From the IMG/VR virus record IMGVR_UViG_3300032315_001715, positions 372,001 through 436,000 of that record: a stretch of DNA of 64,000 nucleotides. One strand, 5' to 3'. The notes under the pieces are model-generated. The model had not been told where the DNA came from and ran no database searches. It was given only the letters and a program-made list of their open reading frames with translations. A program made the translations under genes and the position numbers. This document shows, in pieces, positions 19,896 through 29,693 of the stretch; position 1 is the first letter of the stretch, and every line of letters starts with the position of its first letter.

Positions 19896-20657
19896 TTACA
19901 CCTTACCGTTTAATTTGCATCGATCAAAATGATGCCGTTTCATGACAGGTCCTTTACCGGTTTTTAGGCAATAGGGACATTGGTATATTTTACCATTAAC
20001 ATGCCTTCCCGACTCAATCAAATTTTTGGTAAATTCTTTACCAAAATGATGAATACCTTTTGCTGTTCTTTGACAAGACGGGTTTCTTTCTCCTAGGAAG
20101 TTATGGGTACCTGCATCAATTCTACGCCTGTTGGATTCGGGCCCTAGGAAGTTATGGGTACCTGCATCAATTCTACGCCTGTTGGATTCAGGCCCTAGGA
20201 GATTATGGGTGCCTGCATCAATTCTGCGCCTGTTGGATTCAGGACCGAGAAAGTTATGGGTTCCGTCTTCTATACGTTTCATATTTGCAGATGGCCCATT
20301 CCAGTGATGGTTACCGATTTTTGATTTTTTTCTTGATGGATTCTGTTCACCAAGAAAATTATGGGTTCCGTCAGCAACCCGTTTGTTTGCAGCAGATCTT
20401 GCAAGCTCTTTGATCTCGTCACCAGTTATATCCAGATACTGAGAAAGATATAGTGCCGCTGCCCAATCTCCTTGATTTAGATGAATTTGATAATGCTCTT
20501 CGGGACTAACGGCTAATAGGTTCGACGGATCATTTTTTGAATGATTACCGTCTATGTGATGTATATGATATGATCTACCTTTTTCATCAATTGGTCTTGG
20601 GCCAAAATTGTTTTCGTAGATCCGTATATGATCGTTATTAGATTTTTTGTCAGACAT
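19896..20657 (-). CDS. HNH endonuclease with GTHNFLG repeats
   Basis: YHIHHIDGNHSKNDPSNL; C-terminal CPYC...HFDRC. Confidence 0.9.
   Translation of the reverse strand: MSDKKSNNDHIRIYENNFGPRPIDEKGRSYHIHHIDGNHSKNDPSNLLAVSPEEHYQIHLNQGDWAAALYLSQYLDITGDEIKELARSAANKRVADGTHNFLGEQNPSRKKSKIGNHHWNGPSANMKRIEDGTHNFLGPESNRRRIDAGTHNLLGPESNRRRIDAGTHNFLGPESNRRRIDAGTHNFLGERNPSCQRTAKGIHHFGKEFTKNLIESGRHVNGKIYQCPYCLKTGKGPVMKRHHFDRCKLNGKV
20092..20263. repeat. 51-bp tandem repeat, about 3.3 copies (NRRRIDAGTHNFLGPES)
   Basis: Direct repeats visible in sequence. Confidence 0.9.
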
Positions 20658-20819
20658 GCTAGTAATCCTTTCATATCTAATATGTATTATCGCAATGCAG
20701 CAGCCGCATTATGCATCCTGACATGTGAGAGTATCCAAGATTATATACAATCATCACCGATGCTGCAATATGCCACGACGAAATGGAAGGATCAGGAAAC
20801 GATGCTGGCTAACAGGAAA

Positions 20820-21191
20820 TCAGCGATTTTCAAGCTCGCGGATTCTATCCCGATTCTTGGCAATGGTGTCTTGCAATCCTTGCCGATAATCCTGCAACCC
20901 ATCAGGAACTGCAACGCTTCGGTGCAGGAGATCAGCTATCTCCTGCTCGACCTCGCGCAAGCTCCTGAGATCATTGCGAAGGCTGCGCTGACGATATTCA
21001 ATCTCAAGATCAAAGACGTGATTCTTCAGTTCCTGATACTCGGAAATGAACACCGGTCTCGGAAGTCCCAGCCCATCATATACCGTGCGGAATCCCCAGA
21101 TGGTGCTAACGGCGCCGAGGATTGACGCTACCGTTAGAATTGTGGCTTTGATCTTGTTGGCCTTGGTCCGGGCTACCATTGTTGTCAGCAT
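20820..21191 (-). CDS. TM plus coiled-coil hypothetical protein
   Basis: N-terminal hydrophobic helix. Confidence 0.65.
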   Translation of the reverse strand: MLTTMVARTKANKIKATILTVASILGAVSTIWGFRTVYDGLGLPRPVFISEYQELKNHVFDLEIEYRQRSLRNDLRSLREVEQEIADLLHRSVAVPDGLQDYRQGLQDTIAKNRDRIRELENR

Positions 21192-21231
21192 GCATTATTT
21201 ACATGTTGATCATCAGCAATATCTAGTGGGT

Positions 21232-21963
21232 TTAATAACCTTTGGTGATTTGAGTGTGTAGATCGAATGCTGTAACCGGATCAAATGGTATCTGGCATTC
21301 TATGCTAGCAGCAACGACAGCACCGACAGCGGCTAGCATTGGACCTTTGGTCGGTAATATCAATGCCATCTTGGTACCAGTTGGCATGATCACCGTTCGA
21401 CGATGATTTCTTTTGGCTGCGATCGTTGCATTAACGACATCGGGCCACCATGGGACGCAGTCGTCGATGACGATCAATGTTTCCGGATCGTCGATGAACA
21501 TGTCTATGTCTTGTGTGGGTATGCCGTTGGTATGGTCACCATCAACCAATACCATGTTAACTGGATTGATTTTTTTGAATTCTCGACTGTTAGCAACCAA
21601 CACTTCAAAATCATCGTGATGTTCAATGGTCTTTAAAAATCCAGGCAACCAAGATTTGTGCGTGTCGGCCATCGATATGAGAGAATCGATCATCGATGGC
21701 TCGCCTTCGATATTACCAACGTTTAGATACTCTTTCGTATAAGGTGTTACATAGGAAAATGTGTCAACGACCGTGATCAATGTATCGGTCGTTCTATTAT
21801 GCAACAACGGGTAGGTCGATCTACCACACCATGCTCCGATTTCCACTATGTGGCCTCCGGAAGGAACTTGGCTTGATAGCATGGCCAACCAATATAGTTC
21901 CTTGGGATACATCCATCCGGGTGTGGACTTGTTGATTTTGTATGCGGACTTGTCCAAGATCAT
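21232..21963 (-). CDS. class I SAM methyltransferase
   Basis: IVEIGAWCGRST, VLVDGDH. Confidence 0.88.
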   Translation of the reverse strand: MILDKSAYKINKSTPGWMYPKELYWLAMLSSQVPSGGHIVEIGAWCGRSTYPLLHNRTTDTLITVVDTFSYVTPYTKEYLNVGNIEGEPSMIDSLISMADTHKSWLPGFLKTIEHHDDFEVLVANSREFKKINPVNMVLVDGDHTNGIPTQDIDMFIDDPETLIVIDDCVPWWPDVVNATIAAKRNHRRTVIMPTGTKMALILPTKGPMLAAVGAVVAASIECQIPFDPVTAFDLHTQITKGY

Positions 21964-21982
21964 TAATGATATTTATTGCATG

Positions 21983-22016
21983 TTATAATCGTGCCGACGT
22001 GTCGGCACGATTATAA
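21983..22016. other. perfect 16-bp hairpin after the Ser tRNAs
   Basis: TTATAATCGTGCCGAC-GT-GTCGGCACGATTATAA. Confidence 0.7.
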
Positions 22017-22102
22017 TGGCGGATCCTAATCGCATCGAACGATTGACCTTGCGGTCACCACTGCTTTCGAAACAGTTTAGGGAGCCAACCCTGGTAGGAT
22101 CC
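22017..22102 (-). tRNA. tRNA-Ser(CGA), 8/4-compatible
   Basis: loop TT-CGA-AA, long variable arm, G73. Confidence 0.85.
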
Positions 22103-22108
22103 AAACAA

Positions 22109-22202
22109 TGGCGGAGAGCTGTGGTCTTGATCCACATACCAAATATTATTCGGTACCAACTGTTTTCCAAACAGTGCCATCCACCTGGATGGTTAACTCT
22201 CC
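22109..22202 (-). tRNA. tRNA-Ser(GGA), 6-bp D stem
   Basis: loop TT-GGA-AA; CCATCC-AGGT-GGATGG D arm. Confidence 0.85.
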
Positions 22203-22325
22203 AATTTTTACCCCAGCCGGTCGTTACACCGGCAGCTATGCTTGATGGACCAAATCCTCCCGGAGCGCCAGGAAACGATCTTGTCAGCTTTGATCCAGGC
22301 TTCACTTGGCGAACCATGGGGAACT

Positions 22326-22411
22326 TGGAGGAGGGTGATGGCATCGAACCATTGACCTTTCGGTCACCACAGTTTTCAAGACTGCGCAAGGAGCCAACCT
22401 TGGCACCCTCC
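22326..22411 (-). tRNA. tRNA-Ser(TGA), 8/4 fold
   Basis: GGAGGGTG/CACCCTCC 8-bp acceptor, 4-bp T stem, loop CT-TGA-AA. Confidence 0.85.
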
Positions 22412-22498
22412 ATGCGGCTATTTAAGCATATTTTATCGTGATTGTCAAGGAGTGTTCATAGAGACTTCGTTTCGGGGGTATCATCTAGACCGGTATGA

Positions 22499-23989
22499 TC
22501 ATATGCTATCAAGAAGTTGATTGTATTGCGTAACAAAAACCGCATGTCTATTTTTAATTTCCTCGGCGACGAACACATACTGTCCTGGTCTCTGTTGCGT
22601 TTTGTCAAAATCGGTTAATTTATAGCCTAGGCTCATTAGTGCTAATATATCCCAGCTTTTCAACCATGCGTTGTGTTTGTTCAACATTGGAGTTAGGATA
22701 TTGATGTTGAATTCACTAGCTTCTTGTTGTGTCCAATAATCAGTTTCCCACATATCAATGTTGTCGTTAGGGAACCGAAATCCATACTTGGCATGGTTAC
22801 GTTCAAATTCGCTATGATTGCCTATCTTTCTATTGATGTTAAGGGTTTGCATGACCGCACTATACAGATCATTTTGTGCAAACCAGTACACGGTATCCAC
22901 GAGACTTTCTTTTGTATCTCCAGGGAGACCAACAATGAAACTGAGATGCTGGAGCACCTTCTTGCCCCAGATATCATGATAAAGCGTTGGGATCCACTCC
23001 CTGGCATGTTTTCCTGACCAGCCTTTTCCGACTATTTGGCTGGCTTCCACGCCGAGGCTTTCTATACCATGGTATGCAGTAGCTAGCCCGGTCTCTTTTA
23101 AAAGGTACGGAACATCCTGGAATCGATGTAGAAGATCAGCCCTTAGGTATGCGGTGTATTGTATCTTGAACGGCAATCGACTGACCATGCTGTGCCAGGC
23201 TTTCATCTTGGTTTCGGTATCATTAAATGTGTCGCAGATTACAAAATAGTTGGTGATACCCCACTTGGCGTGATTATGGCACATTTCGGCCTCCACGCAC
23301 TCGAAACTTCTCAGATAATCCAGTTTGCCTCTGCCCAACAGCAAATGATTGCAGAATTTGCAGCTGAATATGCAACCTCTGCTAATTTCGATCGGGAGGG
23401 TCTCTCCTGGAATGATGCAATCCTGATCAGTAAACAGATGATTGTCGGATTGTATGTTGTGCTTGATCGATAACGGTCTGAGATATGTTTTTCTTTTGTA
23501 TGTTGGATCATATCCTGTGGGCCGCATTTCGAACGGAGGCTCAGGAGTACCTTTCTTTAGATGGTTGATCACATCTACAAATATGTCTTCTCCGTACTGA
23601 TTCACGCTGGCATCAGCTACGGCTGATCTAGCAACAGCATCGCTCTGATATCCGCCTAAAATGATCATTATCGTTGGATGCTCTGCCTTGATCCTATTTA
23701 GAACCCTGTAAAGATGATAAGGTATCCTAGCTCGAGTTCCGTCGGGCCAGTACCACCACCGTTGGCAAAGAAATGTGGTGCTGATTGCCAGCACCACGGT
23801 GTCGTTGTTTATAAACTTGCAGGTTATCTGGTATAGTCGGTCCTCGTCCATGCTTGTAATAAAATCTATCACCTGGACCTGATAACCAGCGGTTCGGCAT
23901 GAATGTGCGATCTTATAAGGACCTAGATATCGATAAGGCACATAGTGATCGTCAACGGTCTGACCGCTGGTCCAGATGATAACATCCAT
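22499..23989 (-). CDS. B12-binding-type radical SAM protein
   Basis: EISRGCIFSCKFC, DTFND, GIES, FIVGLPGDT. Confidence 0.9.
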   Translation of the reverse strand: MDVIIWTSGQTVDDHYVPYRYLGPYKIAHSCRTAGYQVQVIDFITSMDEDRLYQITCKFINNDTVVLAISTTFLCQRWWYWPDGTRARIPYHLYRVLNRIKAEHPTIMIILGGYQSDAVARSAVADASVNQYGEDIFVDVINHLKKGTPEPPFEMRPTGYDPTYKRKTYLRPLSIKHNIQSDNHLFTDQDCIIPGETLPIEISRGCIFSCKFCNHLLLGRGKLDYLRSFECVEAEMCHNHAKWGITNYFVICDTFNDTETKMKAWHSMVSRLPFKIQYTAYLRADLLHRFQDVPYLLKETGLATAYHGIESLGVEASQIVGKGWSGKHAREWIPTLYHDIWGKKVLQHLSFIVGLPGDTKESLVDTVYWFAQNDLYSAVMQTLNINRKIGNHSEFERNHAKYGFRFPNDNIDMWETDYWTQQEASEFNINILTPMLNKHNAWLKSWDILALMSLGYKLTDFDKTQQRPGQYVFVAEEIKNRHAVFVTQYNQLLDSI

Positions 23990-24148
23990 TTAAAATCGCT
24001 TCCGATGAAAACTCATATGTGTTGTTGATAACGCGGTTGCTACAGATATTTTGTAAGAAATTTCTATCTCACCGAGGTACAAACTCGTGTTCTTGTAATC
24101 CAGCATATTAATATTTATCTAGAGAAACGACGCTCATCATATGAAGCT

Positions 24149-24338
24149 AACCCAGGTGTTGTCAGTGCCTGTTAATGTTGTGCCTGGAGAGCCACCCCTC
24201 ACGGGATCTCCTTTAGCCCGGCATGGGCTGCTGCGTGGAATATATCCGCAGCGCTCACCGTCCATGCTATGGTGCAGACGGCCCCCCTGGACATTGGTCC
24301 AGTGCCTCTGAGCATGCGCTCGGGCATTCCTAGTGGGA
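24149..24338 (-). ncRNA. candidate structured RNA (six consecutive hairpins)
   Basis: CTGGAC/GTCCAG, GCTGCG/CGCAGC, AGCCC/GGGCT, GGAGA/TCTCC; no ORF. Confidence 0.55.
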
Positions 24339-24355
24339 TAAAATCATTTGATTGC
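24301..24355. repeat. 55-bp direct repeat, second copy at 26169-26223
   Basis: AGTGCCTCTGAGCATGCGCTCGGGCATTCCTAGTGGGATAAAATCATTTGATTGC in both places. Confidence 0.9.
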
Positions 24356-24392
24356 GGTGTTAACACTCGTAATCCGTTGTCGGTCTAACCGC

Positions 24393-24472
24393 TATACTTC
24401 TTTCATGCGCTTTCGTAGATTTTCTACATGCCGGTTGTTGCAGGTGATGCGAATCAATACGGTAGCTGGTTC
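24393..24472 (-). pseudogene. C-terminal remnant of a paralog of methyltransferase 26234-26950
   Basis: Encodes IRITCNNRHVENLRKRMKEV* versus MRITSNNRHIEHLRKRMKEV*. Confidence 0.8.
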
Positions 24473-24576
24473 TACTCTAATCTCTGACCTTGCTGTCACC
24501 ACGCCTTTCCGGGTCGGTTAGGGTGCTAACCCAGTCACACCCTCTATTATGTAAAATTATACGACATTCTGCGTTC

Positions 24577-26061
24577 TCATGCGACCGAATTCAGCAGGGT
24601 TGTGTAGGTTTTCATGTACGAGCTCGCAATGTTATTGGTCATCTTGGAATATTCGGTCCTGCCGATGGATCGCAGATTGTTCTTGTCAAAAAATTCATGA
24701 TTGTGTCCACGTCCCATTAGGTTTGCGACATCCCACGGGCTACATGTTAGATCCTTCCCGAGCTGTTCCAGCCGAGGTTTAAACTCATCGGCAACAAACT
24801 TGATGGCATCCTTGCGATGCCAATTAGGCAAATGCCAAACGGTCCTGTCATCGTCTGGAAATGTGTATCCATGTTTTTCAAGCTCGAAGCTTAGCCTGCT
24901 AGGAGAAAGCATGTCCTTGGCCAACCACAACGGTGCTATACCGATGTGATACAGATCATTTTCCATGAACCAGTCGGCCCACGTTAGTATGTCTTCCTTG
25001 GTATCTCCAGGCAAGCCTGCTATGAATCCGACCTGTTGTCGGATCTGTCCTTTCCATATATCATGATATAAGTGTGGGATGTAAGTTCGAGCGTGCTTAC
25101 CACTCCAGCCCTTACCGACTGCCATCGATGCTTCAAGCCCCAGGCTTTCGATGCCATGATATGTGGATACCAGCCCGGATTCTTGCAGCATTATCGGAAC
25201 GTCGGGCATGCTTTGTAATAGATCGGCCCTGAGGAATGCTGCATATCGTATCTTGAACGGCAAAGACATTACCATTTCGTGCCAGGCTTGCATTTTTATC
25301 ATGGTGTCATTAAAGGTATCGCATATTATGACGTAGCTTGTTGTTTGCCATTTTTCATGATTATATAGGAGTTCTTGCTTGATCATTTCCATGCTGCGAA
25401 GGTAATCAAGTTTCTTTCTCCCGAGTAATGGATGGTTGCAAAACTTGCAGCTGAATATGCACCCCCGGCTGACCTCCAAGGGCAAGGTTTCTTTTGGTAA
25501 TATAGCATCATGCTCAGTAAATCGAAAATCATCGCATTCTATGTTGTACCTTACCTGATTTGGTTTTTTCCAAGAGATTCTCGACGATACGGTTTCTCTG
25601 ATACCGACTGGGGCCGGCGTACCGAGCTTGAGATGCTCAAGGAGGTCTAGGAATATGTCCTCAGCGTATTCCTTGATGCTGCTATCAACGATACCCCAAT
25701 CCGGAAGCCAATTTGAGTTGAATCCTCCGATGATCACGTGTATCAATGGGTAATGAGACTTTATCACACGCATCGCTAAGTAAACATGATATGGAAGTAG
25801 GTGTTTTTGGCCGTCAGGCCATTGGTGCATTCTTTGCGATATGAATGTTGCACTTAGACCGAGTATCTTGGTGCTCGGGGTGATGAATCGATTAATGGAT
25901 GCTATTAGTTGGTTAGGTTCCATTCGAGCAACATGATCGATGATCTGAATGGTATGTCCGTGTTTTCTAACGAAATGGGCCAGCTTGTATGGCCCTATGT
26001 ATCGATGTATTATTCCCGGTACATCGCCTTCAGCACCATTCGATAGTATGATTGCATCCAT
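24577..26061 (-). CDS. B12-binding-type radical SAM protein (paralog of 22499-23989)
   Basis: EVSRGCIFSCKFC. Confidence 0.9.
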   Translation of the reverse strand: MDAIILSNGAEGDVPGIIHRYIGPYKLAHFVRKHGHTIQIIDHVARMEPNQLIASINRFITPSTKILGLSATFISQRMHQWPDGQKHLLPYHVYLAMRVIKSHYPLIHVIIGGFNSNWLPDWGIVDSSIKEYAEDIFLDLLEHLKLGTPAPVGIRETVSSRISWKKPNQVRYNIECDDFRFTEHDAILPKETLPLEVSRGCIFSCKFCNHPLLGRKKLDYLRSMEMIKQELLYNHEKWQTTSYVIICDTFNDTMIKMQAWHEMVMSLPFKIRYAAFLRADLLQSMPDVPIMLQESGLVSTYHGIESLGLEASMAVGKGWSGKHARTYIPHLYHDIWKGQIRQQVGFIAGLPGDTKEDILTWADWFMENDLYHIGIAPLWLAKDMLSPSRLSFELEKHGYTFPDDDRTVWHLPNWHRKDAIKFVADEFKPRLEQLGKDLTCSPWDVANLMGRGHNHEFFDKNNLRSIGRTEYSKMTNNIASSYMKTYTTLLNSVA

Positions 26062-26075
26062 TATGTACTATTTAA

Positions 26076-26166
26076 TGGCGGAAGGTAACAGAATCGAACT
26101 GTCAACTGTATTAAAGTTAAGACGGTTTTCAAGACCGCATCGTCACCTCGGTGATCTGATGATCCT
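26076..26166 (-). pseudogene. degenerate tRNA-Ser(TGA)
   Basis: Anticodon arm, T arm and GCCA intact; 5' acceptor strand does not pair. Confidence 0.6.
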
Positions 26167-26233
26167 CAAGTGCCTCTGAGCATGCGCTCGGGCATTCCTA
26201 GTGGGATAAAATCATTTGATTGCAATTTTAACG

Positions 26234-26950
26234 CTATACTTCTTTCATGCGCTTTCGTAGATGTTCTATGTGTCGATTGTTAGAGGTGATGCGCATCAAT
26301 GTTGTGGACGGTTCCATCATCGGACCGCGTTTTGGCACCACGATGGCAAATCTGCCCCAAGGAGGGCAATAAATCGCCCGATTGCTACCCATCCTGGCTA
26401 ATACCGATGCATTAATAACATCAGGCCAACTACTATTCCAGTCGTCTAACACGATCAAGCATTCGTCGTCGCCGAGGAATTTTTCTAAATCTCGCTGAGG
26501 AACTCCACCGTCATGTTGACCGTCGATAAACACCATGTTGATCGGTTCGGTTGGTAGATAATCGCCGCTGTCCATTTCTAAGATCTCGAGATTGGGTCGT
26601 TTGACCGCGCTGATCATTTTTTCCAAACACGGCCTCCATGACCCATGTGTCTTGGCCAATAATAGCATGTCTTCTAGAACGGTTCGGCTACCTTCCATGT
26701 TTTTATAAAGTCTAGGATTTTCGACAATATACGGGGATTGGTATGTAAATCTGTCAATCAGGGTTACCTTGACATTGTTGTTGCGGTTTGCAACGATCGA
26801 AAACGAGGATCGACCACACCAAGACCCAATCTCAACTATGTGACCGTTTGCTGGTACCTTTGACGTCAACCAACCGAGAAGCGACAGATCATAATCAGTT
26901 GGCCATCCGGGAATGTCTGGATCAATGAAAGGAAATGTTCTGAGATCCAT
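26234..26950 (-). CDS. class I SAM methyltransferase (paralog of 21232-21963)
   Basis: IVEIGSWCGRSS, VFIDGQH. Confidence 0.88.
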   Translation of the reverse strand: MDLRTFPFIDPDIPGWPTDYDLSLLGWLTSKVPANGHIVEIGSWCGRSSFSIVANRNNNVKVTLIDRFTYQSPYIVENPRLYKNMEGSRTVLEDMLLLAKTHGSWRPCLEKMISAVKRPNLEILEMDSGDYLPTEPINMVFIDGQHDGGVPQRDLEKFLGDDECLIVLDDWNSSWPDVINASVLARMGSNRAIYCPPWGRFAIVVPKRGPMMEPSTTLMRITSNNRHIEHLRKRMKEV

Positions 26951-27003
26951 TGTGATCGTGGTCCTTCTAATAAAAGCAGTTGTTAATTATTTATCCGGTA
27001 TGA

Positions 27004-27783
27004 TCACACCTGGACGATCTTTGCTCGCTCCATTATCTCTGGCCAATGTTTGGAATGGGGTCGGTGATCGCGGCACGGCCATGATAGGGCATATTTTCTG
27101 ATCGCCGACTTCCAAACATCGACGATCATTATCGTTCTTGGTTTTAACCCAACATGGGCAGTGCCATGGAGAACATTAGCGTCATCAAATCCAAAAATAT
27201 CGCCGTCTTTCCACTGGTGCTTCCACCCCTCTATGTCAAACACGCAGCCGTTTGCTTCATCGAGGCACAGATGTAGCCTGATGTAGTTGTGATTCAGCCC
27301 CCAATGGTGATTTAATATTGATCCTGGATGTGAGATATTGAAGGTTACTGAACCGATAAAATCCTTGACCATACCGATGTACGATGTCATGAACGGCATG
27401 CTCTCCGTCCAATATGTTGGGTTCCATCTAAGAGTTTCTTCTTCTTTCCAAGAGCTTGATTGTTTTTCGTTATCGTCCAACAGTGAATTCCGGATAAACA
27501 TGCTGATACCGTCAAATCTTCCGTGATAAAGAGGTTTTTGAAATCGATGGGTGATGCCATTTGGCTTTGATATCGTCTGATCCGTCCAGGTATTTTTGGT
27601 TCGAACACCTTTTTTAATCAAATAACTCCAAAGCTCATCGCGTATCCGCGTCCAATTTTCAGTCAAAGGATTGATAATGGGATTGTTGGTAAATCTAATA
27701 TACGGCGATTCTGTCAAATGCATTGCCATCAGAACTGATCCTCTGTTATCATGATATTTATCTGACGGCTGCCCTAACTTCAT
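27004..27783 (-). CDS. Asp/Asn beta-hydroxylase-like 2OG-Fe(II) oxygenase
   Basis: PGSILNHHWG, RLHLCL, WKDG..FGFDD...H, RTIMIVDVW. Confidence 0.85.
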   Translation of the reverse strand: MKLGQPSDKYHDNRGSVLMAMHLTESPYIRFTNNPIINPLTENWTRIRDELWSYLIKKGVRTKNTWTDQTISKPNGITHRFQKPLYHGRFDGISMFIRNSLLDDNEKQSSSWKEEETLRWNPTYWTESMPFMTSYIGMVKDFIGSVTFNISHPGSILNHHWGLNHNYIRLHLCLDEANGCVFDIEGWKHQWKDGDIFGFDDANVLHGTAHVGLKPRTIMIVDVWKSAIRKYALSWPCRDHRPHSKHWPEIMERAKIVQV

Positions 27784-27859
27784 TGGTGCTCCCGCCCGGA
27801 CTCAAACTGGGTTCTGAGGTTTACGCAAACCCCTGCATCACCATATATGCTTTGAGAGC
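27784..27859 (-). tRNA. tRNA-Thr(CGT) with 8-nt anticodon loop
   Basis: GGGGT-TTGCGTAA-ACCTC, CCA. Confidence 0.7.
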
Positions 27860-27874
27860 TTGATCTGATTTTTC

Positions 27875-28642
27875 TTATAGGAGGCTTATCAGTGTATTAA
27901 TACCCTCAACGGCCGTGTGCGACATGCTAACATCATGTCTACGATTGACCTTGCTCTCATATGGATTGATCCGTATCAACGTTGACGTCCGTTCTTCGGC
28001 GATGTAACGTATGGATGGTATCACCGTGCCGGCACCTATCTCAATACCCAGCACGCTCATCCTGGGTTCCATCCATCTGCGGAAACGATCCTCTCCGAGA
28101 TCTATGTTGGTCCAAACCATGCTTGGATCGCTAAACATCAGAACGTTGGGCCTCAAGGACTGCTGGCACCGAGCGCACCTAGGGATCTCATCGATCGATG
28201 ACAGGGTTGCAGTAAATCTTGGCATCGGTTGCAGTTGTCTCGTGCATGGCTGCTTGCATTGTGCATGCCGTAGATCGCCGTGTATCTCGTAAATGCGAGC
28301 AGGATCATATCCGGCCATGTGGAAATGCCCGTCAACATTGCTGGTCACCACGAAATAATCCTTGCCATGCTGGTTCACGGCATCGAGCAACCTGGTGTAA
28401 CCAGCATGGGGTTTGGTGTGACCATAGGCCAGCATGCGGCTTATGTAAAAATTCCAGGAGGCCAATGGATCGTCGTCAAATCCCCTAGCGGTTGCCAGGG
28501 ATATGAAATCCTCCTTGGCCTTGGTCCACATGCCATTGCTTCCACGGAAATCAGGCAATCCGCTATCAACGCTCATTCCGGCTCCGGCAAGTATGAGGAT
28601 ACCATCTGCTGAATGGAACAAGCTTGAAATGTAATCTTGCAT
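27875..28642 (-). CDS. Sir2/CobB-family NAD-dependent deacylase
   Basis: GAGMSVDSGLPDFRG, TSNVDGHF, EIHG, RPNVLMF. Confidence 0.95.
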   Translation of the reverse strand: MQDYISSLFHSADGILILAGAGMSVDSGLPDFRGSNGMWTKAKEDFISLATARGFDDDPLASWNFYISRMLAYGHTKPHAGYTRLLDAVNQHGKDYFVVTSNVDGHFHMAGYDPARIYEIHGDLRHAQCKQPCTRQLQPMPRFTATLSSIDEIPRCARCQQSLRPNVLMFSDPSMVWTNIDLGEDRFRRWMEPRMSVLGIEIGAGTVIPSIRYIAEERTSTLIRINPYESKVNRRHDVSMSHTAVEGINTLISLL

Positions 28643-28664
28643 TATCTCGACCTTTGCTTATCTA

Positions 28665-28739
28665 TGGTGCTCCCACCCGGACTTGCGCCGAGCTCAATCC
28701 CATACCAAGGGATCACATCGCTGTCTATGCTTTGGGAGC
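28665..28739 (-). tRNA. tRNA-Thr(GGT)
   Basis: loop TT-GGT-AT, CCA. Confidence 0.85.
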
Positions 28740-28743
28740 AAAC

Positions 28744-28913
28744 TGGTGCCGGATGAGGGATTTGAACCCCCGACCTTCGGTTTTTCTTGGACTTGCGGGC
28801 TTTAGGCCTTCTGTCCTTCATGGACGTACACAGAAGTAAATTCTCTGCACGGCTCCTGAGATGTTACCCATCACGGAAACAAAACCGCTGCACTACCACT
28901 GTGCTAACCCGGC
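28744..28913 (-). tRNA. tRNA-Thr(TGT) with ~95-nt anticodon-loop insert (28784-28878)
   Basis: Both halves canonical; removing the insert gives GCGGT-TT-TGT-AA-ACCGA. Confidence 0.85.
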
Positions 28914-28919
28914 ATATCC

Positions 28920-28995
28920 TGGTGGAGCATGTCGGATCTGCCCCGACGGCCTCTGCCATGCCATGACAGCGCTCTCCTAACTGAGCCAATGCCCC
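28920..28995 (-). tRNA. tRNA-Ala(GGC)
   Basis: G3-U70, loop AT-GGC-AT. Confidence 0.88.
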
Positions 28996-29018
28996 AAGAA
29001 ACAATTATTGCAGGCTAC

Positions 29019-29603
29019 TTATCTCCTGTCAACCACAAATGGGTTGAATATGTCGATTGCTTGGTCCCACTGGACCAATTCGTTGGTGCTGCGGTGCTTG
29101 AGGACCAAGCTCATGCACCATCGTCCCTCGTCTGTATCATTAACGATGTTGTGTGGACCTCCAACGTTGACCAAGCTTGGCTGGCCGATGTTGGCCGACC
29201 ATGCCATGTCGCAATCAGCCGGATCCCAGCGGTAGTATTCCGTTCCTATCCGTGTCTTGGCCGTGGTGTATCCTAGACCACCTTTGTTATCATTGTACCA
29301 ACACATGCGACTGCTGGCAGCACCGTAGGCCCAGTTCAGCTTGACATGCTCGTCAAGCCTGGAACCATCGGCATGTATGGCGGTTGACCATCTAGGCGCT
29401 GTGTAAAAGATCTCTGCATGATGAACCATGATACCACGCAGTGCAAGCCATCCGTGTATGCGAGGATCAATCTTCTCGACCGGTAGATTCCATATCGTGG
29501 ATTTTTGTGGTAGTCCGAACGATTTGATGCCATCCATGGCGTACGTCGTTGCGGTAAATCCGATGCCGATGATCCGTTCATATCTGTTTTTTATCATCGG
29601 CAT
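29019..29603 (-). CDS. cupin-like phage protein
   Basis: IHADG, KLNWAYG, PSLVNVGGPHNIVN...RWC. Confidence 0.75.
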   Translation of the reverse strand: MPMIKNRYERIIGIGFTATTYAMDGIKSFGLPQKSTIWNLPVEKIDPRIHGWLALRGIMVHHAEIFYTAPRWSTAIHADGSRLDEHVKLNWAYGAASSRMCWYNDNKGGLGYTTAKTRIGTEYYRWDPADCDMAWSANIGQPSLVNVGGPHNIVNDTDEGRWCMSLVLKHRSTNELVQWDQAIDIFNPFVVDRR

Positions 29604-29617
29604 CGGACATTTAAATT

Positions 29618-29693
29618 TGGTGGAGCCTATCGGGATCGAACCGATGACCTGAAGCTTGCAAAGCTACTGCTCTCCCATCTGAGCTAAGACCCC
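29618..29693 (-). tRNA. tRNA-Ala(TGC)
   Basis: G3-U70, loop TT-TGC-AA. Confidence 0.92.

Noticed and set aside
20092-20263. CRISPR-like repeat
   Set aside because: Contiguous 51-bp coding repeats within an HNH gene.
24485-24546. ZTP-riboswitch-like GGGTGTGACTGGG...CACCC...CCGACCCGG on the minus strand
   Set aside because: Only partial match to the consensus and no intact downstream gene; needs an Rfam search.
28784-28878. Group I intron in tRNA-Thr (and the Asn and Lys genes)
   Set aside because: 43-95 nt is too short, and no P7 core or terminal G context is recognisable.
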